From Mustelus asterias (Eukaryota), in the NCBI RefSeq assembly GCF_964213995.1, contig NW_027590123.1:310001-374000 (forward strand): a DNA stretch of 64,000 nt, in the 5' to 3' direction. The notes beneath the pieces were generated by a model. It worked only from the letters and a program-made list of their open reading frames with translations. It had not been told where the DNA came from and searched no databases. A program made the translations under genes and the position numbers. Of the stretch, positions 10,801-23,510 are shown one piece after another (positions within the stretch are counted from its first letter, which is position 1; each line of letters begins with the position of its first letter).

Positions 10801-11250
10801 GAAATCAATGTTTCCCCCTTTCCATTTCTTTTCTCATTCTGGGGGAAATTGGGGACTTGCAGCAACTGAAGGGAAAGGAAGTGAATCCAGGGAGGCAGCA
10901 GACTCTGGAAAGGTTACAGATGAAGACCGGATTCAGGAACAGGACTAGGCCCAGGTATATTTTTGTTTCTCTCTCAAAGACATTGACATCTTTTAGTTCC
11001 CTCAGTTTATCTGGCTAATAGGGTAGCCTCTTACCCAATGTTCACAATTCAGTTTTCCCAGAAGAGGGCTAACATTTAAATCAACAGTAAATTTGTATGG
11101 GAGAGAGATATGTTATTTATGATCCCATATTTTTTGTCTTGAAATATACAGCAGTGTGGCTGCTTTATCAATTTCCAGTGATGCAGAGATTACAACATAG
11201 AAGGAAATGCATTTGGCAACTTAAATCCATGCTAACTCTCCATGGTAGCC

Positions 11251-11416
11251 ATGATGTGGAGATGCCGGCATTGGACTGGGTTGGGCATAGTAAGAAGTCT
11301 CACAACACCAGGTTAAAGTCCATCAGGTGAGTGACCTGAGGAAGGAGCAGTGCTCCAAAAGCTCGTGATTCCACATAAACCTGTTGGACTTTAACCTAGT
11401 GTTGTGATACTTACTG
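11251..11416. mobile_element. Fold-back mini-PLE (family A) with decayed hammerhead
   Basis: Tail plus cagtaagaagtctcacaacaccaggttaaagtcc and its inverted copy. CTGAGGA..gctccAAAA core is mutated. Imperfect TSD aactctc. Confidence 0.75.
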
Positions 11417-12029
11417 AACTCTCTGTGGAGCAATTTGGTCAGTTCCATTCCCTTGAGTTCCACGTCACATTGGAATGGATGAGAGTTCCAGATGAAGTGA
11501 GACTGGGGTGGAGTCGGGCGATGTCACTGAGATGGGAATAGGCGGTTTTGATGATGATGTGGCAATGTGGTTGGAAGCTCATCTTGGGGTGAAATATTTC
11601 AACATGGTTGTGAACAGTTTGGTTCAGCCTCAGACAGTTACCAGGAAGATAGAGTTGCTGGCGAGGGAGTGGAGTTTGTAGTGGGGACTGAAGACAATGG
11701 GTTCAGTCTTCCCAGTGTTTATATGAAAGAAGTTTCAGTTCTTTTAGTACTGGATGTCAGACAAGTCAGGATTGTGTGTGAGTTGGGGGGGGGAGGGATC
11801 TTGGAGGTGATGGTGTTCACATCTACCTACTACCTCGGTCCTTCTAGGTGGTGGAGGTTGAGGATTTGGGAGATTCTGTCAAAGTTCTCATTGAGTTCTA
11901 GATGTATAAAATCCCTCTCCTTCACCCCGGCCCCTTCTACTTCTCTCTGTCTCCACTCTAGACCAGGTGCCAGATTTCCTTTCTTGACAGACATCAGCAT
12001 ACCCCTTGGGTTTTTATGATAATCCAGCA

Positions 12030-12832
12030 GCTTTCCTCCATGTCTGTGTGGGTTTCCTCCAGGTGCTCTGGTTTTCTCCCACAACGGATGAATGAACACC
12101 GCTCGACAATCACAAGGCAAGACTGTTCTCTTCCTGTGTGGGAGCACTTCAGCAGTCACGGGCATTCAGCCTTGGATCTTCAGGTAAGCGTTCTCCAAGG
12201 CGGCCTTCACGACACACGACAGCGCAGAGTCGCTGAGCAGAAACTGATAGCCAAGTTCCGCACACATGAGGACGGCCTAAACCGGGATGTTGGATTTATG
12301 TCACATTATCAGTAACCCCCACAGCTTGCCTCCTGGACTTGCAGAATTTCACTAGCTGTTCTGTCTGGAGACAATACACATCTCTTTAACCTGTGTTGAA
12401 TGCTCCCTCCACCCACATTGTCTGTACATTTAAGACCTGGCTGGCTGTAGAGATTTGCATTCTAATCAGTATTCTGTAATTTGATTTCTGTGTCTGTTTG
12501 CACTGTTTGATAACAGATATCCACTCCATCTGACGAAGGAGCTGTGCTCCAAAAGCTTCTGGTATTTGCTACCAAATAAACCTGTTGGACTTTAACCTGG
12601 CGTTGTGAGACTTCTTACTGTTTCTCCCACAGTCCAGAGATGTGCAGATTAAGTGGGTTGGCCATTTCCCCTTAGTGTCCCAAGACATGTAGGTTAGATG
12701 GATTAGCCATGGTAAATGTGTGAGGGTATGGGGATAGGGTGGGAGAGAGGCTCTGGGTAAGATACTATGTGAGAGAATTGGTGCGACTCATGGGTTGAAT
12801 GTCCTCCTTCTGCACTGTTAGGGACTCTATGA
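12030..12832 (+). mobile_element. Old HE1 SINE interrupted by a PLE 3' fragment (about 12084-12620)
   Basis: The PLE part encodes QRMNEHRSTITRQD..AEQKLIAKFRTHEDGLNRD plus a pLTR. An 11-bp TSD tttctcccaca flanks it. Confidence 0.85.
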
Positions 12833-13860
12833 TAATGTGGGAAAATGTGAAACAGTTCATTTTGGAAGGGAGAGCAGGGGAGTATTATTTAAATGGGGAA
12901 AAGACTGTAAAGCTGCAACACAACAGGACTTGGGGGACTTCTGCACAAAACACAGAAACCCAGCACACAGGTGCAGTTGGTAATCAGGAAGCCTAATAGA
13001 ATGTTGGCCCTTATTTCAAGTAAAGTAAAGTTTATTTATTTGTCACAAGTAGGCTTACATTAACAATGCAATGATGTTACTGTGAAAATCCACTAGTCGC
13101 CACACTCCGGCGCCTGTTCAGGTACACTGAGGGAGAATTTAGCATGGCCAGTTCACCTAACCTGCACATCTTTGGACTGTGGGAGGAAACCGGAGCACCC
13201 GGAGGAAACCCACGCAGAACCGGGGAGAATGTGCAAACTCCACACAGACAGTGACCCAAGCCAGGAATTGAACCCGAGTCTCTGGCGCTGTGAAGCAGCA
13301 GTGCTAACTGCAGTGCCACCATGGTTGGAGTATATGAGTAGGGAAGTCTTGCTGCAGCTGTACAAGGTACTGGCGAGACCATATCTGGAGGACTGTGAGC
13401 AGTTTTGGTCTCCTTATTTAAGGAAAAATATTATTTCATTGGAGGCAGTTCACAGTAGATTCACTTGGATTATCCCCGTTATGGAGGGATTGTTTTATGA
13501 GGAAAGGTTAAACAGGTTGGGCCTCTCCTCATTAGAATTTAGAAGAATGAGAGGTGATCTCATTGAAGCATATCGGATTCTTAAGGGACTTGAGAGGGTA
13601 AATGCTGAGCGGATGTTTCCTCTCATGGGAGAGTCTGGGACCAGAGGGCACAGTCTCAGAATAAAAGGTGCCAATTTAAGACTGAGATCAGGAGCAATTT
13701 CTTCTCCCAGAGGGTTAAGAGTCTTTGCAACTCCTTGCCACAGAGAGCTGTGGGGGCAAAGCCCTTGTGTATATTTTTGATTAAGGAAATCAAGGGTTAC
13801 GGGAAAAGGGCAAGAAAGTGGACATGAGGAATGTCAGATCAGCCATGATCCTATTGAATG
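12830..13860 (+). mobile_element. CR1 LINE 3' fragment with a nested minus-strand HE1-related SINE (about 13022-13320)
   Basis: Encodes LLQLYKVLARPYLEDCEQFWSPYLRK..RRMRGDLIEAY. The SINE head and central domain are on the minus strand with a variant tail. Confidence 0.85.
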
Positions 13861-14057
13861 GGTGACATTCAATCCCTTCCCTGCAGGACATCAGTGAATC
13901 ACTTGGGTTTTTATGACACTCCAGAATTTTCATGGTCACTTTTTCCCAGTGCCGGCCCCAGAAATTACCAGATTCATTCAGCTCAATTTCACAACCTGCC
14001 TTTGTGTTTTTGTGGGTTCTCTCTCACTTTTTTTTTCTTTTAAATTCAGTGTCACAG

Positions 14058-14715
<658 letters not shown>

Positions 14716-14819
14716 GAAAAAAATTACAAGTAAATCACTATTTGCTACAGACCAAAGAAAGATACTTTATTAGAAGAGTAAGGGTCACAAGGTAAAACAA
14801 GCCAAGTTCCAGAATATTA

Positions 14820-15055
14820 AACATCCAGTCCAGTTACAGAGATTATAAACATCAACAGAAACAAACCCAAACTATCAGAATGAACAGAGTTCAGTCTTGG
14901 ATGTCATTAACAGCAGCAACAACAGCAGAATCCAAGCCCAGTAATCACTGCTGAACTCGCCGGTGTGTCAGCTGATTGGATGATCGATTCTATCTTTCTC
15001 ACATGTGGAGCAGGAGTCTGGTCTCTCCCCAGTGTGAACTCGCTGGTGTGTGTCT
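14820..15055 (-). pseudogene. Isolated 3' end of a minus-strand ZNF gene (last finger and conserved 3'UTR)
   Basis: Minus strand reads cacaccagcgagttcacactggggagaga and then ttggattctgctgttgttgctgctgttaat. Confidence 0.7.
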
Positions 15056-15541
15056 TGGAGGTGATGGTTTTCCCAGGCACCGGCTGCTCTTATCTTTCCA
15101 GTGGGTGGAGTTATGGGTTTGGGAGATTCTTTCAAAATTCAAATTCAGTTGCAGATCTATGAAGTTCATCTTTTTTACCCTCCTTCACCTCTCTCTCTCC
15201 TCCCATGGAAGCCAGAGTCTTGTGTAAGCCCCGACTGGGTGGCAGGTTCCCTTCCCTAAAGGACATTAGTGAACCAGTTGGGTTTTTATGAGATGCCAGC
15301 AGTTTTCAGGGTCACTTTTTCCGAGCGCTGGCCCCACAAATTACAAGATTAATTTAGCTCAATTTCACAACCTGCCTTTGTGTTTTTGTGGGTTCTCTTT
15401 TATATTTCCTTGATTCTGTCTTAAATTCATTTTACAGAATATTTGAAAGGTTCACAATCAGGAAAGTCAAACCAAACATCACATCAAAATCTGACAGAGT
15501 CACTCGATTCATCAGGACTTGAATATCATCGGCCTTTGAAC

Positions 15542-16411
15542 ATGGAAGCAAAAAGCACCGTTCACACCAGGGAGAAACCGTGGAAATGTGTGGACTGTGG
15601 GAAGGGATTCAGATCCCCATCTGAGCTGGAAATTCATCGACGCAGACACACCGGGGAGAGGCCGTTCATTTGTTCCGTATGTGGGAAGAGATTCGCTCAG
15701 TTCATCTGCCTTCAGCTGCATGAGCGACTCCACACCGGGGAGAGGCCGTTCACCTGCTCGGTGTGTGGAAACGGATTCACTCGCTCATCCCACCTGCTGA
15801 AACACCAGCAAGTTCACACTGACAAGAGAGAGTTTCAATGCTCCAATTGTGAGAAGAGCTTTAAAAGCCCACACGGACTGAGGGAGCACCAGCGCATTCA
15901 CACCGAGTACACACTGTTCAGCTGCTCACAGTGTGGGAAGAGTTTCAGGACAGCAACCCACCTTCAGACACACCAACGAGTTCACACTGACAAGAGACCT
16001 TTTAAATGTCCAGAGTGTGGGAAGTGCTTTAAAAGCTCTGGTGAACTGATGTCCCATCAGCGAGTTCACACTGAGGAGAGACCGTTCCAGTGCTCTCACT
16101 GTGGGACTGGGTTCAGGCGATCATCTCATCTCACTGTACACCAGCGAGTTCACACTGGGGAGAAGCCATTCATCTGCTCTGAGTGTGGGAAGGGATTCAG
16201 TCAGTCCTCCAACCTGCTGACTCACCAACAAATTCACACTGAGGTGAGGCCGTTCACCTGCTCCGAGTGTGGAAAGGGATTTGCACGATCATCCCACCTG
16301 CTGACACACCAGCGCATTCACACTGGGGAGAGGCCGTTCACCTGCTCCGAGTGTGGGAAGAGATTCACCGAATCATCCAATCTGGTGAAACACCAGCGAG
16401 TTCACAGATGA
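15542..16411 (+). CDS. ZNF-3: C2H2 zinc-finger protein, 10 fingers
   Basis: ORF 15443..16411 with ATG at 15542 (aacATGG). Acceptor tttacag at 15431-15437. Confidence 0.9.
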   Translation: MEAKSTVHTREKPWKCVDCGKGFRSPSELEIHRRRHTGERPFICSVCGKRFAQFICLQLHERLHTGERPFTCSVCGNGFTRSSHLLKHQQVHTDKREFQCSNCEKSFKSPHGLREHQRIHTEYTLFSCSQCGKSFRTATHLQTHQRVHTDKRPFKCPECGKCFKSSGELMSHQRVHTEERPFQCSHCGTGFRRSSHLTVHQRVHTGEKPFICSECGKGFSQSSNLLTHQQIHTEVRPFTCSECGKGFARSSHLLTHQRIHTGERPFTCSECGKRFTESSNLVKHQRVHR

Positions 16412-16529
16412 CGGCTTTGCTCTGATTCTGCTGTTGTTCATCAGATTCAGGACTGAACCTTATTCATCATGACATTGGGGAAGTGTTGATGATGTTGCTG
16501 CAAAGTACAGTAACTGGGCTGGAGTCGAC

Positions 16530-17010
16530 AGAATTTGCATTCATGTAGCACCTTTCACAACCTCAGGACATCTCTGTGCGCAGTCAGCCTCCACAAGCAA
16601 CAATGTGGTTCGGGGCAGTGACCTGTTTTCAGTGAGATTGGGTGAGGGGTAATATTGGTCTCAGCAGGGTAAACCACATCAACAATGTGATAATGAGCAG
16701 TGTTCTGTTTTTAGGGAGATTGGGTGAGGGGTAATATTGGTCTCAGCAGGGTAAACCACATCAACAATGTGATAATGAGCAGTGTTCTGTTTTTAGGGAG
16801 ATTGGGTGAGGGGTAATATTGGTCTCAGCGGGGTAAACCACATCAACAATGTGATAATGAGCAGTGTTCTGTTTTTAGGGAGATTGGGTGAGGGGTAATA
16901 TTGGTCTCAGCAGGGCGAGCTCCCTCCTCTCCTTCCAAATAGAAGCCGTGTGATCTTTCACCTCTGCCTGAGAGAGCAGACGGGACCCTCGGGTTAACAT
17001 CCTCATATTA
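16530..17010 (-). mobile_element. Old SINE (DeuSINE/SacSINE1-like) containing an 82-bp tandem expansion
   Basis: gaatttgcattcatgtagcacctttcacaacctcaggaca end and gggttaacatcctcat segment recognised by eye only. Confidence 0.45.
16634..16915. repeat. 82-bp tandem repeat, about 3.4 near-identical copies
   Basis: gagattgggtgagggg starts at 16634, 16716, 16798 and 16880. Confidence 0.95.
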
Positions 17011-17763
17011 GTGAAGTGAAGAACCTTCATTCTGAGACAATTGAAGAATCAGCACTTAATAGTTGTACTTGTCAGACTGGTAATATAACCTGTAACACAA
17101 AGTCTGTAATGTTTTATTATAATAAATAATATGATTTTAAGTACACTGCTCATAAATCATGAGAACTGTCAAATTATGTTTTCCAGCCAATCTAGAAAGA
17201 TAAGGTAGAGCTCACAAAACATTTATGGCTTTGACAAGTTACGTTAAGTTGGGAATGAATGGGACCTTACTCAGGATGTCTCATTTATTCAGTAGACCTT
17301 TGTACTCAGACATCAGGAGATGCCAGTAGGTGTCAGGGGCCAATCAGACAATTAAGTTAATCAATTATCGTTCAATACTGTGGCTAATTTGAGTTAAGCA
17401 AATGTGAGTTGAAGGGATAAAAATAAAGGTTTTGAGTCGCCATTCTGTTAACATGTTATCCACCATGTCTGATGATCATTTCACGTCTTTGGCCTGATCA
17501 ACCGAGGAAAGTTGTGAGAAGTCTGTTTCATTGTTAAAGATGAGCTTTCTCCTCCTCCTGTCAATCACTGTTGATTCAAACTTTGCTTTTTATCTTTCTA
17601 ACTTGTTACCTTTCGACCTTTTAATGGTTAATAAATCTTCTGAATTTACCAATTAGAATTTTCATTCTGGCCAGATAGTTAAATCTTGTAGATTTAATTT
17701 AAAATTGGGGATTTATTGCAAACAACTTCTACCTGATAAATCAACTCCAAAGTGCAAATGCTG

Positions 17764-17863
17764 CCTGGATTTGGTGTCTTGGTGTAAGTGGTCCCTGGAT
17801 TTGGTGTCTTGGTGTAAGTGGTCCCTGGATTTGGTGTCTTGGTGTAAGTGGTCCCTGGATTTG
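17764..17863. repeat. 30-bp tandem repeat, about 3.3 copies
   Basis: cctggatttggtgtcttggtgtaagtggtc repeated exactly. Confidence 0.95.
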
Positions 17864-20014
17864 TTTTCTCAGTCCATGTGGGCCCCGCACTGCTTTCAAC
17901 CCAACTGTCTGTCTCAGATCTTTCATTGATTTCAATTGAATGGAAACTGGGAGTTGGGACCTGTCAACATTTGAAATATATTTACAAATGTTTGGAGGGT
18001 TTCTTACAGTTGGGACCTTTCTCTGTTCTGTCCACTCAACATGTTGGGTAACAGACTTTCTCCTGTGAATATCCAGCTGTAGTTTTGGGCCCTGATGTGT
18101 TTCCTTGTTCATCTTGTTGACTCTAAATATTGAATCTTGTGGTTTCATACATCAGATAATCAAACTCCCAACACCAGATTGTCTTTAACTGACTTTATTA
18201 CAGCACTGCAATAATAGACGGAGTATAGTTACTTGTTCTGCAGAACAGAGATAATATCCTAGATTCAGAGCTCTCTATCCTGAGCAAGCTATTCAGTTGT
18301 GTCAAATTGCTACAGAAGAGTCAATGATAAAACCAGACTGACCCCCCCCCGCATTGACCTAGGTTCCAGAAATGATAAACGCACACTGTTCCCAGGTTAA
18401 TCCTGCGAAGAATTCCCGGCGAACAGCTGGGGGCTTGTGCCAAAGTTGGCAGAGATTTTCTGAAAGACGTGGGTTCACCTCAACTTAAATGTAAGACTTA
18501 AAGTCAATTACAATTGTTGGGTTTAGTTGGGAGAGCTGATCTAAAAGGGACTTTCATTTACAACTAGCTACAGGACCATACTGGGTGCAAATATTGTTCC
18601 AAGCTTTACAGAATTTACTAAGTTAATCACAGAAGTACAAAATGCAAAACTTAACAAAGGCAGTGGAAGCAGTCAGTTCACTTTGTAACGCTGGCTCACA
18701 ACTTCCAGCCGACTGAGGTGCTGTTTCTTGTTCTGTTGACGTCGTCTATCTTCTTCCTGCTCAGCTTCTCTGAGCTGTGAACTGGGCAGCTGCAAGCTGA
18801 TGGTTATTAACCCTTTCTAGACACAGCTCCTGTACACGATCAATGGTGTTCCTGAACTCTGGTTCACCATGATCAGTCCCTGATTGATTTAGGTGGTGTG
18901 TAATCAGTTTCTGATTGGTTTCTTAATGGTGATGGTCATCTACCGATCATTTCCTGCAATCTCCCGACTGGCCCTCTAATGTGTCAGTTACTTTCAGAGT
19001 TTGCCCCACGTGCCTTTTCTGTGATTTCATTAAATTTTATGGCTTTGTACTGAGATAATGGAGGCCTAAAGACATCTTCTTTGTCACTTAATTGAGAAAA
19101 GCAAGTTCATGGTGTCAAATCCTAATGGTTAACATTTGGGTTCATTGTCTCAAATGTCTCATTGATGTGTAGAAATCCTGTAGAGTTCTCATTGGGGCAA
19201 GTGACTATCAGTATATTTTGGTTAAAGAAAGTGCTTGCTGGTTTTTGTAGTGGTTGCCAGAGCTTGGAACACAGTTAATTAAAAGGACACAAAGTGACAC
19301 ACAGCCTTAAACTAATACATAAATTACAAAGTTACTTCAGATCTGAAATCCAAAGAAAGTGGCATCAAATCAGTGTGTAAAACTGAGATAGCAGGAAACA
19401 CAAATACAGTATGATACATTCAATTGATAAATGTTCAAAACTAATGAGTCAGAATAACTACTGCACTATGAAAATTAAACTGAAACCTTTAATTTTTCAA
19501 ACCAATGATAGTTATATAGTGTGAAGGAAAGTGATTGCTTCTTTTAAGATATTAAAAGTTAAAAGATTAAACTAATTTATGACACAATGCTGAAGGTTTG
19601 AAACTTCACAGCTGGTTTCTTCGCACAATATGGCCTCTAATTCAAGTATAACTGTTGTTGTCAATGGCTGAGGAGTTAACAGTTCCAGACCTCAGCTCAT
19701 CCAGATTTGATGGGATCCACAGGACTCTGTAATTAAAGTATAAAAGTGTAGCTTTACACCGACCTCGGGTCATGTGATGTATTTCACTTGTCAAATAAGG
19801 ATGCAGCGACAGACAAAGCCAGTTACATGATACTAATATATTATAATTAAGCAGAATATAGTATCAGGTTAATTGATTAATAACCTTCAATTACTTGATC
19901 ATTACACATAACTAAGCTACAAACTATTAAACATGACTATTCCTACAGTCAAACAGTTCAGTCAAGCAACAGGCTGAGTCATACTTTGAATCATATCTTA
20001 CTGCCAATGTCTCA

Positions 20015-21150
20015 CAGGAACAAGGAGCAGGATTCGGCTATTTGGCCCCTTGAGTCTGCTCCACCATTTAATCAGATCGGGGCTGATCTGATAGTAACCT
20101 TAAATCTGCATCCTGCCTGGCCCCAATAATCTATCACCCACTTGCTTGCCAAGAATCTATCTACATCTGCCTTAAAAATATTCAAAGATTCTGCTCCCAC
20201 CGCCTTTTCAGAAGAGGTTCACGACCCTCTGAAAGAAAATATTTCACCTCATCTCTGTTTTAAATGTGCGAACCCTTATTTTTAAACAGGGACCCCGAGC
20301 TCTAGATTCTCACAGAAGAGGAAACATCCTCTCCACATCAACCTGTCAAGACCCTTCAGGATCTTCCATGTTTCGATCAAATTTATCTTACTCTTCTAAA
20401 CTCCAGCAGACACAAGCCTAGCCTGTCCAAGCTTTACCCATAATCCACACATTTCTAGCATTAGTCTGGTCAATCGACTGCTTCCAATGTATTTACCTCC
20501 TTGCTTAAACAAGATGACCAATACTGTACACCGTACTCCAGATGTGGTCTCACTGGTGCTCTGGATAACTGAAGCATAACCTCCATATTTATGTAATCAA
20601 TTCCTCTCACAAATGAGAGCTTTCCTAATTACTTGCTTTACCTGCTTACCAGCTTTTTGTGATTCATGCAAAGAACAAAGAACAGCACAGGAACAGGCCC
20701 TTCGGCCAACGCTGATCACATTGTCCTATCTAGACCAACCGCTTATATCCCTCTATTTCCCATCTGTTCATGTGTCTATCCAGATAAGTCTTAAATGTCG
20801 CTAACGTATCTGCCTCAACCACCTCACTTGGCAGTGCATTCCAGGCCCCCACCACCCTCTGTGTAAAAAGACTTCCCCCAACATCTCCACTGAACCTTTC
20901 CCCCTTATCTTGAACTTGTTCCCCTTGTAATTGTCATTTCTTCCCTGGGAAAAAGCTCCCAACTGTTCACCCTATCCACACCCCTCATAATTTTATAAAC
21001 GTCTATCAGGTCGCGCCTCAGCCTCTGTCTTTCCAGGGAGAACAATCCCAGTTTATTCAATCTCCAGAACACTCAGATCCCTCTGCATCTCAGAGCTCGA
21101 CAATCTCTCACCATTTAGATAATCTGCTTCCCTTTTATTCTTCCTGCCAG
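20015..21150 (-). mobile_element. Nested CR1 LINE 3' fragments
   Basis: Reverse-complement CR1 tails (aggagcaggattcggc; aaagaacaaagaacagcacagg at about 20670) and tccagatgtggtctcac (RPHLEY). Confidence 0.75.
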
Positions 21151-21249
21151 AATATCCTGTCCTACCAGCAGTTCAGACCTGAGTAGAGGGAGCAGCACAG
21201 AGGTGGACAGTGCAAGTGAGTCATCCTGGGAGTCCTCAACTTGAAATTC

Positions 21250-21605
21250 TTTTTTATTCATTCGTGGGAAATGGGCATTGCTGGATGGCCAGCATTTATG
21301 GCCCAGTCCTTGTTGCCCTTGAACTGAGTGACTTGCGAGGCCATTTCAGAGGGAGTCACATGTAGGCCAGACCGGGTAAGGAGAGCAGATTTCCTTCCCT
21401 GAAGGGCATTAGTGAACCAGATGGGTTTTTTACGATAATCAACAATGGTTTCATGGTCATCAATAAATTCTTAATTCCAGATTTTTTTCATTGAATTCAA
21501 ATTCCACCAACTGATGTGGCAGGATTCGAAACCCGGTCCCCAAATCATTAGCTGAGTTTCTGGATTAATAGTTCAGCAATAATACCACCAAGTCATCACC
21601 TCCCC
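21250..21605. mobile_element. Interspersed SINE-like repeat
   Basis: Contains gatttccttccctgaagggcattagtgaaccagatgggtttt. Pieces of this also form part of ZNF introns (13870, 15245, 61300). Confidence 0.5.
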
Positions 21606-22249
21606 TAGTTCAAGATGGAGTGTAGGAGAACAAGTCAGGAGCAGCACTGGGCACCCTAAAACTGAGATTCCAATCTGGTGATTCTATAACACAGGACTAT
21701 AAGCACGCTGAACAGCAGAAGCAGCATGTCCCAGGCAGGACCAAGCGATCCCACAAACAACGGATCAGATCAGAGCTGCAGTCCCCCCACATCCAGTCGT
21801 GAATGGTGGAGGACAATTAAACAAATCACAGAGAGAGAAAGCTCCACAAACATCACCATCCTGAATGACTGGGGAAAGAAGTGGATCAGTGAAAACAACT
21901 GTGATTTGTGTTTGGTGATCGCGGATGTGTTACTGATGCCTTCCATAGATTCCAAGGCCAGGAAAGACACTCTGGAGGGTATGGGGAGCTGGGACTTGTC
22001 CAGGAGAGTAACAAGGTATGAAAACTGAAATAATCTAGAACTAGAAAGGAGAAAAGGTCACAAAAATGCAGCAATTGGTAACAAGACATTGATTAATCTT
22101 TTCTTGTCCTGAAGAAATGAAGGTCTCAGCTTTGTGTCTTAAACAATATTAGTTAATTTGACATTTATCCAGAGTAATAAACTCCAGCCCAGTTATAGCG
22201 ATCACTAACATCAGCGAAAACACACCCCAACTGTCAGAATGAACATGGT

Positions 22250-23311
22250 TCAGTCCTGGATGTGATTAACAGCAGCAATAACAGCAGAATCCAATTCCTC
22301 CAGACACTTGCCAATTTGCTGGTGTGTTAGAAGATGGGTTGACTGAGTGAATCCCATCTCACACTCAGAGAAGGTGAACGGTCTCTCTCCATTGTGAGTG
22401 TGTTGGTGTCTCAGCAGGTGGGATGAGTGAGAAAATCCCATTCTGCACTCAGAGCAAGTGAACGGTTTCTCCCCGGTGTGAATGTGCTGGTGTGTTTGCA
22501 GGTTGGATGAGCGAGTGAATCCCTTTCCACAGTCAGAGCAGGTGAACGGTCTCTCCCCAGTGTGAACTTGTTGGTGTCTCAGCAGAACACTTGAGGTCTT
22601 AAAGCTCTTCTCACATTCAGAACATCTGAAAGGTTTCTTATCTGAGTGAACAAGTTGGTGTGATCTGAGGCTGGTTAAATAAATGAATCCTTTTCCACAC
22701 AAGGAGCAGGTGAACGACCTCTCCCCAGTGTGAACTCGCTGGTGTTTCTGGAGGCTGGATAACAGAGTGAATCCCTTCCCACACACTGTACATCTGAATG
22801 GTCTCTCCTCATTGTGAACTCGCTGGTGTATCAGCAGATCACTTGTGGTTTTATAACTCTTCTCACATTCAGTACATTTGAAAGGTCTGTTATCAGTGTG
22901 AACCAGTCGGTGTGTAGCGAGGTGGGATGATCGTGTGAATCCATTCCCACACACAGAGCAGGTGAACGGCCTCTCCCCAGTATGAGTGCGTTTGTGTTCA
23001 ATGAGATTCTGTGATCGCTTAAATAACTTCCCACAGTAAGAGCAGCAGAACTGTTTCTCGGTGTGAATAGATTGGTGCGTGACCAGGTCCTCAGGGCTTT
23101 TAGAGCTGTGATCACCGTCAGCATGGTTAAAAAGCCTCTCTTCAATGTGAACTTGCTGGTGGGTCAGCAGGTGGGATGACTGAATGAATCCTTTCCCGCA
23201 CATGGAGCAGGTGAATGGTCTCTCCCCAGTGTGACTGCGCCGATGCATTTCCAGCAGCGATGGGTAACTGAATCCCTTCCCACAGTCCCCACATTTCCAT
23301 GGTTTCTCCAT
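22250..23311 (-). CDS. ZNF-4: C2H2 zinc-finger protein, 10 intact and 2 degenerate fingers; reads into the conserved 3' block
   Basis: 353-aa ORF starting MEKPWKC. The C-terminus LDSAVIAAVNHIQD is a translation of the family 3'UTR element. Confidence 0.85.
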   Translation of the reverse strand: MEKPWKCGDCGKGFSYPSLLEMHRRSHTGERPFTCSMCGKGFIQSSHLLTHQQVHIEERLFNHADGDHSSKSPEDLVTHQSIHTEKQFCCSYCGKLFKRSQNLIEHKRTHTGERPFTCSVCGNGFTRSSHLATHRLVHTDNRPFKCTECEKSYKTTSDLLIHQRVHNEERPFRCTVCGKGFTLLSSLQKHQRVHTGERSFTCSLCGKGFIYLTSLRSHQLVHSDKKPFRCSECEKSFKTSSVLLRHQQVHTGERPFTCSDCGKGFTRSSNLQTHQHIHTGEKPFTCSECRMGFSHSSHLLRHQHTHNGERPFTFSECEMGFTQSTHLLTHQQIGKCLEELDSAVIAAVNHIQD

Positions 23312-23369
23312 GGTGCGGGTGTTCTTGTCTGTTCAAGCCTTGTCCACACACAACATGTGTATTGCTTCT

Positions 23370-23510
23370 AAGTAAGGCTATTAAGGGTTATGGGACAAGG
23401 CAGAAAATTGGATTGTCATATCATATCAGCCGTGATCTCATTGAATGGAGGAGCAGACTCGATGAGTCCAATGGCCTAATCCTGATCCTAATTCTTATGG
23501 TCTTATGGTT
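23370..23510 (+). mobile_element. CR1 3' tail inserted into the ZNF-4 leader exon
   Basis: attaagggttatgggac..atcagccgtgatctcattgaatgg..cttatggtcttatgg interrupts the fossil-finger leader. Confidence 0.75.

Noticed and set aside
17050-20000. AT-rich region with possible solo LTRs
   Set aside because: No paired LTRs, PBS, TSD or coding motif that I can support.
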